Notes: a model not told the origin generated them from the sequence alone. Positions 1-12,200 are shown, numbered from the stretch's first letter. The stretch is 64,000 bases of DNA from Neoechinorhynchus agilis (GCA_051530055.1 CM121342.1:15329480-15393479), one strand, 5' to 3'. Translations and numbers: made by a program.

Positions 1-2629
1 ATACTCAGAGTCAGTCACGGATGTGTAAGTAAAATCTTAAACAGGTAAATATTTTTGTCTAAAGTATCGATTTTTTTCCTTAAAAATAAAAAAGATTTAA
101 TGCGACTGGCAGTATAATGCCCGGATCGCATGGAATTAATAAGCTAGAAGCATTGCACCCAGCAGTTATTGAGCAAGTAGTTATGCTTCACTATGAGCAC
201 GAAGGAGATATAAGTGCACAGAATATCCGAAAAGCGTTGGTTGAACGAAGAATCTGCTCAGAGGCTGACGCACCTACAACAAGTCTTATCAATCGAATCA
301 TAAAAGATTACGCATTACAAGGTATTTAAAATGAAAATACTGAGTTTAGTTTAAAGCACGGAGCATTTTAGACCCCAACGACATGGGTGGTGAAAGTCGA
401 GTCGATGGCCGTGCAAGGCGTCGCCGTAACCGAACCAATTTTACCTCTGAACAGTTGCATATTTTGGAGTCAAATTTCCAACTGGAAAGGTATCCGGGTG
501 CTAATTCGAGAGACGATATTGCAAGAAGGACGGGTCTTTCTGAGTCCACTGTTCAGGTATGGTTTAGTAATAGAAGAGCAAGGGAAAGGAAAGGAGAGCA
601 AGTATTAAGAATGGGTCAAATGGTACCTCAGCAACCACCACGAGATGATCTTAGATATTTTGATCCAGCCCGCTACCATGAAATGAATCCACCAGATTGG
701 CTGCTTCATAATATACAACCTGGCCATCCTCATCTTATGCCGAACATAGTAGAGATTCCTGCAATGGTGACAATCGAAAACCAACCGACGATGAATCCAG
801 TTGATGCAACTCTTGGTTTAAACAACAGCTTCGTTATTGGGAATAATCAACAAAATTTGTACAATCAATACCAACCAAACCTTCAAAATTGTACTTTAAA
901 CAGGCATGTAAATTCAAGCTATGTGCCCACCAGGAGGCGAACTGTGCAGTCAGACAACGATGCTCAAATAATCACATTGGACGATAATCAAAGTGATAAT
1001 TCAAACCAAGCCTCAAACCAGCATCAAAGTGGAACAAGTTCAACATCGATATCAGCTACAGACGAAACAATGAGTCCTAATGATCAAGAACATCAACGCC
1101 AAAACGTAACGGAGCGCCAGAACCTTCATCTATCACAATACAATCAATCGATGATGCAGTATGGCAATAAAAAACACCCAATAGCAGAAAACGCAGTAAA
1201 CGAATACCAAAATGATGGACGAAATCAATCGTCAATTTCAGCGTCAATCCATGTTCCAAGAAATGCTGAATATACTGATAATGAGACGAGCCAACAATAC
1301 CGCGTTTATAATGAGAGAGGTGAATTTCAGAAATACAGAGAGAATCAATCTCGAGTTCACAATAAATCTGCAGACAATCAAAATGAAACCTTTCGTAGAA
1401 TTAAAACGTTTTCTCATCAAACAAAATCGATTCAAACTGATGTGAGTGGAGCGACGAATCAATACGATTCTCGTAATCGTTCAGGTGAGTTCCAAAATTT
1501 CGAGACTAACAGCAAACGGCGCCGTTTGGAAAATGATGATGCTGAAACCAATAATAACCAACAAGCAGCGATGCAAAATCGTGATCCACTGCAGTTAGTT
1601 TTTGACGATGTTAAAAGATTATCGAAAAAGTACAATGTTCGTGATCCCGCTGGCGAATTTCAAGACTACAACGAATATCAAGTACCTTATCACTTGGGTA
1701 ATACTGACCCTCGGCAGTATGATTACCGTGAAAGAACGAATTTCAATGTTCATCAGGGAATGACTGATCAGACGCACAAAAGACGAGGTTCATACAGAAA
1801 TTCTAAAGAACATCAATCGCGACGCCAGAAAGACACATGCGATTCTAATAGAAACATCAATAAACGCCACAAAAGGAATCAGAATATTCATAATCAACAA
1901 CCTGCAATCGAAAATTCGCCTGGGTTTCGACAGTACGGAGTTTACTACCATCCAGAATTTTACTTTCCTGACGGTGAAGTCGGATTCTACAAAGACAAAC
2001 AGGAAATGGAAGTAAATGATAATCAGTTAATGCAGATAAAGACTGAACCTGTTGAAATCGATGATGAATGTATAGGTCATAAACGAAGAATCGATTCTCT
2101 TCAATTGGGCGAACGATATCATGACAATGACAGATTCAAAGATTATCAAAAACATGCGGAAATGGATAATAATCTGCTAAAGACAATAAAAACAGAAATC
2201 CCTGAACGAGATGATAAACATCAAAGAGATTTGAGTGGATTTGAACAAAATTCACGCTATGAAGAAGAGGAAATAGCTAATAATCCGGTGCAACAATTGA
2301 GCGAAGGATACCCCGAAAATTATGAACTAGTATTTGAATATCCATATTATGAAATATATGATTCAAGGCCGCAAATGGAAGTAGCAAACCAAAATAACAA
2401 TATGGATCAAAAAGAACCGATAGCCTCAACCGATTTACAGTCACAAACTCTCAATGCAATCAGAGAACCTGAAACTGAAAGCAATAAAGAAAAATCTTCG
2501 GATGGCGATGCTGCAGCCAATGGTAATACAGAACAGCGCAATTGCCATCTGGCAAATGACAATCTAGACAGTCCAATAAGAAGACTATTCAATAAAGATA
2601 AGTATACGTTATTCACGATGGACATTTGA
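1..2629 (+). CDS. Pax: Pax transcription factor (paired domain + PRD-class S50 homeodomain + long N/Q-rich tail); exons <1-44, 95-321, 372-2629; 5' end outside window
   Basis: Bases 1-44 read ILRVSHGCVSKILNR. After a 50-nt GT-AG intron (45-94) the frame reads FNATGSIMPG...NIRKALVERRICSEADAPTTSLINRII (RED subdomain). A second 50-nt intron (322-371) joins it in frame to RRRNRTNFTSEQL...VQVWFSNRRARERK. VSHGCVSKIL and RRAR fit Pax3/7- or PaxB-like better than Pax6; the subclass is uncertain. Confidence 0.92.
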
Positions 2630-3894
2630 AGCGATGCGTTATTGATTAGTTAGATAATTAGATTTCTTAGAGAATGATCAGGCGTTTTATTGTCTCCTTA
2701 ACTGCGATTGAAAATAAAACGTTTCTTTGGCATTTAATACAAGTGCGATAATTTTTTGCAGTTACAACAAATCCATGTTCTCGTTATTAATCAATGAATC
2801 TATCACTATCCCAAAATAAAATCAGTCATGAGATTGACTCAAGTCTGCTACTATTTACTTCAAAAAATTTAAGAAACTGTATTAACGCTAAATCTTTTCG
2901 TGCCAATAAATTGCAATTTCATTTACTGAGACTAAAATAAGTATCTTCGACCAATCAGCATATTTAATCATTACGAAAGCTAAAAAGCAGCGACAATTAA
3001 AGAGTGTATTTTATTCTAAACGAATCCTTCAAAGTAAATACTGTACATTTTGTCAAACGCGTAGAAGATTTTAATACTTCGATAACTTTTCTCTTTACCT
3101 TAATAGCCTGTGCTGATTTAGGGTTTTTAATAAAAATTTAGCATCAATCAAAAGTTTTTGAAAGAATAGTTATAAAATAAATCCTTATTGTTTAGGTATT
3201 CACCAGGCAAACAACTTTTTATTAAAACGTTTCGGACCTCGTCGGGTTCATGCATGATTCCATGGTTTGTATTTTCCCACATAAAGGTTGTAGTTTATTT
3301 TGATCAAAAAAAGGTTTCTAATCCCACCTTCGCACCTGCAAGTATGTAAATTTGGGCTATTCTGTCTTTAGAATAATATAAGTTAAAGATTCCAATAATA
3401 CGGACAAAAGATAAATTATCAAGCGGACCTGCCGACATTCAAGACGAAAGCAATTGGCACCTAATTAACATCGTAATCACAAAACAACAGGATTTGCAAG
3501 GCGTACTCATCACCAGGACGACTAGAGAATTGATTACTGTTGGATGGACCAAAGACTGTTTTCCTCGAAGATAAAATTTCAATTGAAAATGTAGCCGAAG
3601 CACCTGAAGACGGATCCAACAAGAAGATTAAACATCGCAAAAATGAACGAATAAGCAACATCATAAGCCTTAAAACAGCAGTCAAGCAACCTCTCTAGAA
3701 TTTCACATGCAAAACGATTTCCTAACACTGAGAAAAGCAAGTTCTCGTTTTCTAACGCATAATCAGGTTTTTAATTGGACTAAAAGCTAACATTTCATCA
3801 ATTTAAGGACAAAAAGCATCCAGGTGGATCCATTTTCTGGTTTTACACTATTTCTAGATTGGTGCACCAAAAGCAAGTAAAAAGCTGAAGGAAA

Positions 3895-4157
3895 AAACGA
3901 AAATCTATGCTCATTATCGAACAATTCCGTGTTTGAGGTTTTAAACAAAACAAATAAGTTTATTCTGTGTTGAAGTGAAAATCCCCTGCATGGCTGTATC
4001 ATTTTCCTTGGGCCAACCGACCACAGATGTTGGTCAAGGAAGCGCATAAAATTACTTAATACTCTGAACCGTACGGTTAATGAGTTTGTACATCCCTCCC
4101 GATTCTCAGATACATCCTGAGGAGGTGGGACTCATCAGTGAGTTTCCTCCCTTCAGC
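3895..4157. repeat. ~260-bp direct repeat of 7925-8183, containing the left part of the MITE-like element
   Basis: Near-identical sequence (attccgtgtttgagg...tttcctcccttcagc) occurs at both sites; this copy lacks the right inverted arm. Confidence 0.85.
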
Positions 4158-4725
4158 TGCATTTTGTTTCCTCTTGGCTTTGCGTTGTCGGCGAAAAATG
4201 ATAATGAACCTTTTGAACCTTAGAAAGATTTTCGATGCCATTTCGATCAGACTACGGAATGTACAAACTATGCAAGTTTTGATATTTAATTTCCGGCCAA
4301 TTGAATTATTTTATTTTTTCTAAAGAAATCACATGCTCATACTATCCAAGGCACTCAACAATGAACCATCGAAACTATCTTTTCCATCATTTTCTATTTT
4401 GACTTTTCTTGATTGGTGCTGCTCCAAGTGGGGGATAGTAATCGTCTAAAACGTTGATGTTCATTGATATGACCCACAAGTTGATTGCGGCGCCTTACAA
4501 GAATACCAACGAATTTCATTATTCCAGTTAACTCAACATTGAGTCAGCGAATATGCAGTTAAAGCAAAATAGGACATAACTCCTTCAGCATTGTATCTTC
4601 CATAAAAAGACACAAAACGAATAAACTCTTCAAGGTTATCGCAGTATCTCTTCTAAATTTAACTACTTTCGTTCTTTTAAAAGTATGAAGCGCTGTGCTC
4701 AATTTCTTTAACCCTGTTCGTGTTT

Positions 4726-6850
4726 CTAAAACTCAATATATTCGACATCATCCACCTCTGTAGTCTCAGAATATTTGCCACCAGTACTCGCCGCCATCTG
4801 ATAGAAGATCGAGTTTTCGTTCGCCAACAACTCTAATGGCTTTCCACTCTCGACCACATCCCCATCTTTCACAAGCATAACTACATCGCTGTAGATTGCA
4901 TCTTCGAGCTTGTGCATTACACTGATGACCGTACATTCCGTCAACTCCCTACTTATAATCTCTTGAATCTGAATCTGGGTTTGCTGGTCGACTTTGGAAC
5001 TGGCCTCGTCAATCAGAACAATTGATTTCTTTTTTAGTAGTATCTTCGCCAACCACAATAACTGCCGCTCGCTTATTCCGAATTCCGATTCGCCTTCGCA
5101 CACGTAATCGAGTTTGTTCGTTGAATCTTGAATGCTCAATTGCCGAATTCGATTATCCAGTCCAACCTGTAAGTTTATACTTGCATTTAAAAGTAAAAAG
5201 AGCCACACGTACTTTCTGAAGGACATCCCAAATCTCAGTGTCTGACTTTTCTTGAAAGGGGTCCAAATTAAGTCGAATACTGGTCTTCATCAATACCGCT
5301 TCCTAGAAATAGCTCAATTTAGTTTGTATTGTGAAAAATCCATCCTACCTGTGGAAGGAGTGAAATACTGCGTCTTAGTTGATTGAGATTCATTGATTCA
5401 GTGTCAATACCGCCAACGATAATCTTTCCTTCTACAATTCCCAATCTAAATATGGCACCGAATATGGTGCTCTTTCCTGCTCCAGTTAGTCCAACAATAG
5501 CAACCTATTTGCTTACAGTGTTTAAAATACCAAGAAAATGCTTTAGCGCACAACAAAGGGAAGATCCTTAAAATACTTGAAATGGGCGTTGATGAATTCT
5601 ATTGAATTATCAACATAAGGAGGTTTTTCTATTTCATCCCATGATCCGGTGTTCGGTTCTTGAACAGTATCATAAAGATCGAAAACTCCAGCAGCCGACA
5701 GCAACTATCAATCATAGCGAACATTATTTCTTGTCGAAGCAATGCTTTTACGAATGTGATTAGTACTTAGTTGAGCCTCTTGGATAAAATATCGGGCATC
5801 TTCAGCAACAACAAGTGTATATGTCACTGCCAGTTGTCCGACCTCGATTTTTCCTTTTACGATTTTTCATTACTTGGAATTTTTAATTGCTTGCAATTAG
5901 CTAACCAGTGTAAAAGAACAAGAAAACAATTGAAGTCTTCAGCATGACTAAGAGAATAACGAAATCAATAGTGAGCTGAGCTATGCGATCAAGCAAAGTA
6001 AGCGTGTATCGCAGTTTATTGTTGGTATCTAAAACGATTATATCAAAAAAATCTCATTTATCGAAGCAATCTCAAACCAATTGTGTACTCGAACTCTGAT
6101 ATCATTTCATATTCAGCTTTAGATGCTCGAACGGATACGAGACCTTGGTGGGTTGCTATCAAATGGGTTAGTATGTTTGTTCGAGCTACAAGATGAATGT
6201 TTCAAGATGAGCGTAGCATTTTCAAACAGGAGTCTTACTGTCAGATTCCATTTGATATCCTGCGGCCATTAGATTTATTTGGTGGTATACCAGGAAAGCC
6301 ATAGCTAAAATCGCCGGTGGTACGAATGCGACCGGTACAGGACAGATGCAGCAAATGTAGATCATTAGTGCAAAGATTAGTGAATCATCCTAAAATAAAA
6401 TGTTGTCATTTCACAAAAAATAGATTTTGCTGAAATTGAAGTAAATATTTGGAAGATTCCGTTCGAATTAAAAAGCAGGCAAAGGCAAGAGGAAGTCAAT
6501 ATAGCTGATTTGCGCTCTCATGCCGGATGTACCAATAATAAAATTGCCTCACCCACAGAAAATGCTTTTACGCTAAAACAAAATATGTTTTATCGTTTGT
6601 TTCCATAATTTAAAACAATAAAAGACCTCAATTTGGTTTAATAAAATTTGTACTTAGCCTGTCCTACAGCATAAATTGAAATGGGCACGAAATTTTGCAT
6701 AGCGCCGATATCGAACGACAATCGATTGAACGTAACACTTTTTTAAAGAACATAATCTTATCTCTCAGAATACTCCAAAACAAACCTCGCAGTACTTTCT
6801 CGAATATAAACGAATACGATCCCATCACTCTTGCCAAGCTGAAAAACGAG
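4726..6850 (-). pseudogene. Partial ABCC/MRP4-like transporter (TMD2 C-part + NBD2 only)
   Basis: Spliced exons read VAIVGLTGAGKSTI (Walker A), SLLPQ|EAVLMKTSIRLNLDPF, RQLLWLAKILL..VLIDEASSKVD (Walker B) and VMHKL (H-loop). Introns 5167-5212 and 5303-5348 are 46 nt each. No 5' half is present in the window. ABCC identity is clear; functional status is uncertain. Confidence 0.7.
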
Positions 6851-6877
6851 AATCTATTGTTGAAAATAAAATCCATA

Positions 6878-7924
6878 TGTTTGAGATATGGGAATTTGAA
6901 GTAAAGAATTAATTTATTGAATTGAATATTTCGATCCAAACCAGGATCTTCTTCAGCAATACTAAAAAAGAGAGGCAGGGAATGTCAAAAACTATCACAC
7001 GTTGATCTTATCGGGTGGAATCCGAAGCTTCAATCTGTAATCCGGCTTGTTTCCATCAAAAATGGATGACGACTGGATATACACAGCTTCGATGACCACA
7101 AGACTGAATCGATCGTGACTTCGTAATAACACTTGTGTGTTATCAAAATCGATATGATGTCCAGTATTCACAACGTGTGAAGCCACTGCAGAACTCAAGT
7201 CATTCTTTCTGTTTATCGATCGCCTGTGTTCCTGAATTCTCCTATTTAGATCGTTCGTTCGTCCGATGTAGACCTGATTACATTCACTACATGGGATCTT
7301 ATATACTGATCCAGATTGAGGCTCGCCTTTTTGTTGGGACAAAGCAGTGTGTAAATTACGTCCCTTCCGACAATACACATCTACCAGGGTACTGCTAATA
7401 CCTGTTTGTAGTGTCCTCTGCATCTTCCTGAACAAGGATTCGTCGTGGAAGGGGACCTCTAGGAAAATCTTCTCTTTCTTCGCATTAGAAACCTTCCCGT
7501 GGCTGCGTCTCACTCCTTCAAGGCATCTTTGTACCAAATGTAGAGGATACCCGAGTCTGCCCGACAAGTCGAATAGGAAATTAAGCTCTTCATCCCGTAT
7601 AAATTCCTCACTACAGTGTGTAAAAGCTCTGTGAAATAAACATCTAATCCTAGACATTTTTTATCTTTGCGGTTGCATTGAGCTCCATGGAACAAAACGA
7701 TGCGGGACACCATATTTCCTATACACGCTCGTTGTGTATGAATTCTCCCTTCGTTCAATTGATACATCGAGAAACGAAAAATATCCTCGTTCTTCAATGT
7801 CCATTGTCCACTGTATGTGTTCGTCCTTACCATTCAGCTGATTGTGAAGCTCCTCAGGAGACAGGGATCGAAATATTCAATTCAATAAATTAATTCTTTA
7901 CTTCAAATTCCCATATCTCAAACA
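6878..7924 (-). mobile_element. 5'-truncated Penelope-like element (RT C-terminus + GIY-YIG endonuclease) with an inverted terminal repeat
   Basis: ORF 6995-7657 contains GYP helix, VYKIPCSECNQVYIGRT..R..EH and IEAVYI. A perfect 60-bp inverted repeat lies at 6878-6937 and 7865-7924. Confidence 0.88.
6921..6960 (-). ncRNA. Minimal type-I hammerhead ribozyme motif
   Basis: Minus strand reads attg-CTGAAGA-a-gatcc-tggttt-ggatc-GAA-ATAT-T-caat: 4-bp stem I, 5-bp stem II, palindromic stem III, at the PLE 3' end. Confidence 0.8.
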
Positions 7925-7989
7925 CGAGAATCTATACTCATCATTGAAAAATTCCGTGTTTGAGGTTTTAAGCAAAACAAATAGGCTTA

Positions 7990-8294
7990 TTCTGTGTTGA
8001 AGTGAAAATCCCCTGCATGGCTGTATCATTTTCCTTGGGCCCACCGACCACCGATGTTGGTCAAGGAAGCGCGTAAAATTACTCAATACTCTGAACCGTA
8101 CGGTTAATGAGTTTTTACATCCCTCCCGATTCTCAGATACATCCTGAGGAGGTGGGACTCATCAGTGAGTTTCCTCCCTTCAGCGGTATTTCGTTCCCTT
8201 TTGACTATGCTGCGTTTCCCTGACCCATCTCGGTCGGTTGTGCGCCCAAGGAATATGATACAGCCGTGTTGGGGATTTTCACCTCAACACAGAA
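7990..8294. mobile_element. MITE-like element with ~65-bp imperfect terminal inverted repeats
   Basis: ttctgtgttgaagtgaaaatcccc...ccgaccaccgatg pairs with catctcggtcgg...ggggattttcacctcaacacagaa. No clear TSD, so the superfamily is unassigned. Confidence 0.65.
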
Positions 8295-8390
8295 AAAATT
8301 TTACGGGGTAGCCAGACTACCGCTGTGGTCATTTCTAATAAAAAGGTTAAAAGTTCTTATACAACGTTTTGAATAGTCAAATGTTTTTGC

Positions 8391-9060
8391 CGTGCTCTGA
8401 TCTGTGTTAGGTGAACGCATATATGCACCCCAGTTGCATAATACGCTAACAGTGTGAATGCGTGACTGCACGAACTGTTAGCATCGTTTAGTTTTTGTTT
8501 GGAAATAAAGCCCGAAGTTTGATATCACACTCTGATATCCAATCCTCATAACTTATCCTGGTTTCATTTGGATCTTACTAAAACGATATCGTGCAGCTAC
8601 CTCGTGTACTTAATGGGTGTATAACTTCGATATGACATCTTTCAACTCTTCGAAGGAGCAATCACTAGATTTTCTCGTGCCCAAACTTTTCCGAACCTTT
8701 GCGTAAATCCGCGGACTGGTCCACGCCAACAAGCAAGCTTGCATTACGTCTTAGATTTCAACCCCGCACAATTCTAAATGTTTTGATAATTGCGCCTCAT
8801 AATCATCCCACGTCTCGCTATCAGGATCGAAAGACCGAAACACTAGTATATCTCTATGCTTTTGCTCGATTCTATTTTCCTCCAGCTTTGTTTGTCCCAT
8901 TTGTTTAATCATCAATTCCAACAACTCCTGTTGCTTCTCTATGAGGGGCTGCATCATCGAGATCCCACCCTCGCCGCCAAATTTCGTGCTCTGGTCTGTG
9001 TTAGGTGAACGCATATCTATATTAAACAACGAACTCACGCTCACACTATAACACGGCGCC
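8391..9060 (-). mobile_element. Internally deleted Ty3/gypsy (Mag-like) remnant: LTR piece, PBS, gag N-terminus, LTR piece
   Basis: Gag-like FDPDSETWDDYEAQL..HLELCGV and VAARYRF. PBS-like TGGCGGCGAGGGTGGG at 8964-8979. A 32-bp direct repeat lies at 8391-8422 and 8986-9017. Confidence 0.65.
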
Positions 9061-9239
9061 AAGTGTCAAATAATTACCATGTGACGACACCGTCAATCGT
9101 TATAACGTTCAACGTTCTCTCCCAAATATTCGTCTCAAGTACTTGGGCAGCAGGCAGGAAATTTATTTGCGGTTTCTGTACTGCCGCCTTGCTCAAACCG
9201 TGTTCTCCGGTTTCTCCCTTCCCAATACTAACCACTCTC

Positions 9240-12200
9240 AAACCCCTAATCCCACCCCCTTCCATCTTCAGTTTCCCCACCCCAAAATCTCATCTTCTCC
9301 CTCGCTTCACTCTTTAAATGCTGTCCACCCACTCTTAGCTGCCGGCGCCCTACAAGACTCCTCTCCACACTCAAATTCGACTTCTCCTCAACAATATTCT
9401 CCCTTCCTTAATTCCGTTCCTACCATCCCGCATCCCACTCTGCTCCACCATTAAAAACGAACCCCCCTTCCTCCTCGGCCTTATCTAAATCCCCCACCTC
9501 CTCTCTAACACCCCGTACTGCTGGCAAAAACCATAAACCCCTCCCATCCTTCTACGATTACGTTTCAACGTTAGCCCCATCAAAACCTTCCACTTTCTCT
9601 CCTTTACCTCGATTTTCCAGTAAAAAGCACACACCCCTACCATCCTTCAACGACTACGTTAAGCATCCCTCGCCTCGTAAACGAACTCCTCCTAAACCCC
9701 TCTCATCCTTGCCTCCACTCATCTCTCATCTGCCTATAACTACTAATCTGCATCCTACCAAATCTGGAAATTTTCGCTTCGCCGCTCAGAAGCGAAAAAT
9801 ACCTTGGACGCGCACACTACCTCACCTCTTACCACCACCTCTTCAACTCCCAATATCCCCTTGTCCCCCCCGAGTTCATCCCGCATACGCAGTTCCCACC
9901 CTTATGGTCCCTACACTCAAACCACCCCTCACTACAGTGTCCACCCACGAATCCATTACCCCCGAACTACCCCATCGGTCAACTCCCATCCCTTCTCTCT
10001 CTGCGCAGCTTCAACCCTCTCCGTCAGTGTCCACCCCTCATGTCCCTTCTAAACATCCCTTTCCAATAATCTTTTATTCTAACATCCGCAACCTCCTCCC
10101 CAAGCTGGATGAGCTCCATATAGTGACCTCTTCTTGCAACGCCGACATCCTTGTAATTACGGAAACATGGTTCTCACCCCATAGCAAATTATCTGCTTCC
10201 TACCAAACTTTCAAGCTTTTCACCTCACAAGGGACTTCCGAAACGGGGGAGGCATATCGATCTTCATCCGCGCCTCTCCCTTACCATTGCTCTTCACCCT
10301 ACCTTTTCATCTCCTACGATCTTGAATGGCTTCACATCCAACTTCATCTCCCCCTCCGCAATGGCCAACGTAAGATATCTATCGCTGGCCTTCATCGCCC
10401 TCCTTCCTCAAACATCCCCAACACACTTCAACAAATAGACCACCTATTTACTGATCTACTTTCCACTTCCTCAGATCACTTCATCATATTGGGCGATTTT
10501 AACAAACTGCCGATCCCGCCCTCGCTCTCTCATATTTCCCAACTCGTTACTTTCCCCACACGCTTCTCCTCTCGCCTTGATAAAATTTTCTCAAACATCA
10601 GGCAATACTCGTGCACTACTAAATTCCCCCGATCGCCTCGTCTGACTATTGTTCCATAATTCTCTCCCCGTCATCACCTCAAAAACGTTCCTTTTCCGAC
10701 CCCTACGTTGTCTGGGATAAACGTGATCATCATACCCAATCCTTTGCGTCATGTGTCAATTCTCTTATCACGCAAAACCGCTCTACCATCTTTGGCACCG
10801 ACCCCTCGATTGCAATGGGCTTTTTGTTAAATCTAATAGAATCTGCGATGAAGGCCTCCTTTCCCCCCAAAACAATACGAATCTCGAACCGCGACCCTCG
10901 ATGGTTTTCGCCTTTTCTAAAAACCCTTAAAATGCAGGTCAATAAAGCTTTCCGGTCAGGCAATTCCGCTTACCCCTCCCTCCACTCCACACTGATTAAA
11001 CGCATCCGTATATCCCGCAAAGTATTCCTCTCATCTCGTCTCTCATCCGTTCCCAATCGAAACTGGTGGCGTCAAATAAAAAATGTCACTGATCTTGGTA
11101 GATCCACCCCCTTCGCATCTCTCCCAAAATCTGATCTCCTCTCAATCCTCAACACCATGAATAAAAACCTCTGTCCTCTCCAAACCTCCTCTCCATTGTC
11201 CCAACCTCCCTTCTCACTTTCGGACCCGCCCATTCATACATGCCCTTCCTTAGTTTCCCCTCTCGAAATTCTAGAGATCCTTAAACGCCTGCCCCGCCAT
11301 TCTTCCCCTAATTCGACTATCCCAAATTGGGCTATTCGTTTCATCATCCCGGAACTTATCGATCCTCTAACGCACATAACGAACCTTAGCTTTCTATTGG
11401 GCTCTTTCCCATTGTGTCTTAGGGAAGCCCGTGTCGTCCCCCTACCCAAAAACAATAAACGGATTGCCCCCACCCGCCTACTTCCCTTCTTCCTCAAAAA
11501 CATCTCCAATTCCCAATTCGCTTTCCGTCCCAATTACTCTTGTTCTGATGCCCTCCTCTATATCTACGATACGCTTGTGCGCAGCTTAGATTCCAGTCCA
11601 GCATCAACCGTCCGTCTCGTGCAACTGGATATTTCCAGGGCGTTCGAGTCGATAGATCACTCCCTTCTCCTCCAATCATGTGCTTCTTTTAGCCTCCCAA
11701 CTTGGCAACTCGCTTGGATTTCCTCGTTCCTCTCCAACCGCGAACAATATATCCAATGTGGAACCTCTTGCTCCCCTTCTCTGCCCATATTTAAAGGGGT
11801 CCCCAAGGCGCCGTGCTTTCTCCTCTTTGACATTTTTCTAAATGACCATCATCCCCTCACTCCCACTACCAAATATTTTCTCTATGCCGATGACCTCACA
11901 GTCATTACCATCGCATCTCCATCTCTCTCCCTCTCCACAACCATGGACGAGCTCAACCATCTCGTTTCCTCGCTCTCCACCCTATTTCTCCCTTAATTTA
12001 TCCAAATCTTTTGAGCTTGTCCCCCACATTTCCAAACGCAACCTTATCCCCGCGCCTCTCCCTCTCCCCATCCGACGCTCCTCTTCTCTCCGAATACTGA
12101 GCCTGATTTTACAAGAAAGCCTTAAATGGGATGCCCACATTTCATTTACACTCTCTAAAACAAACCCTCGTCTTTACCTCCTGAAACTCCCCCGGCGTCT

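Noticed and set aside
3380-3700. Coding-looking stretch (ORF 3461-3685 and + strand frames)
   Set aside because: No recognisable motif, no start codon or consistent splice model.
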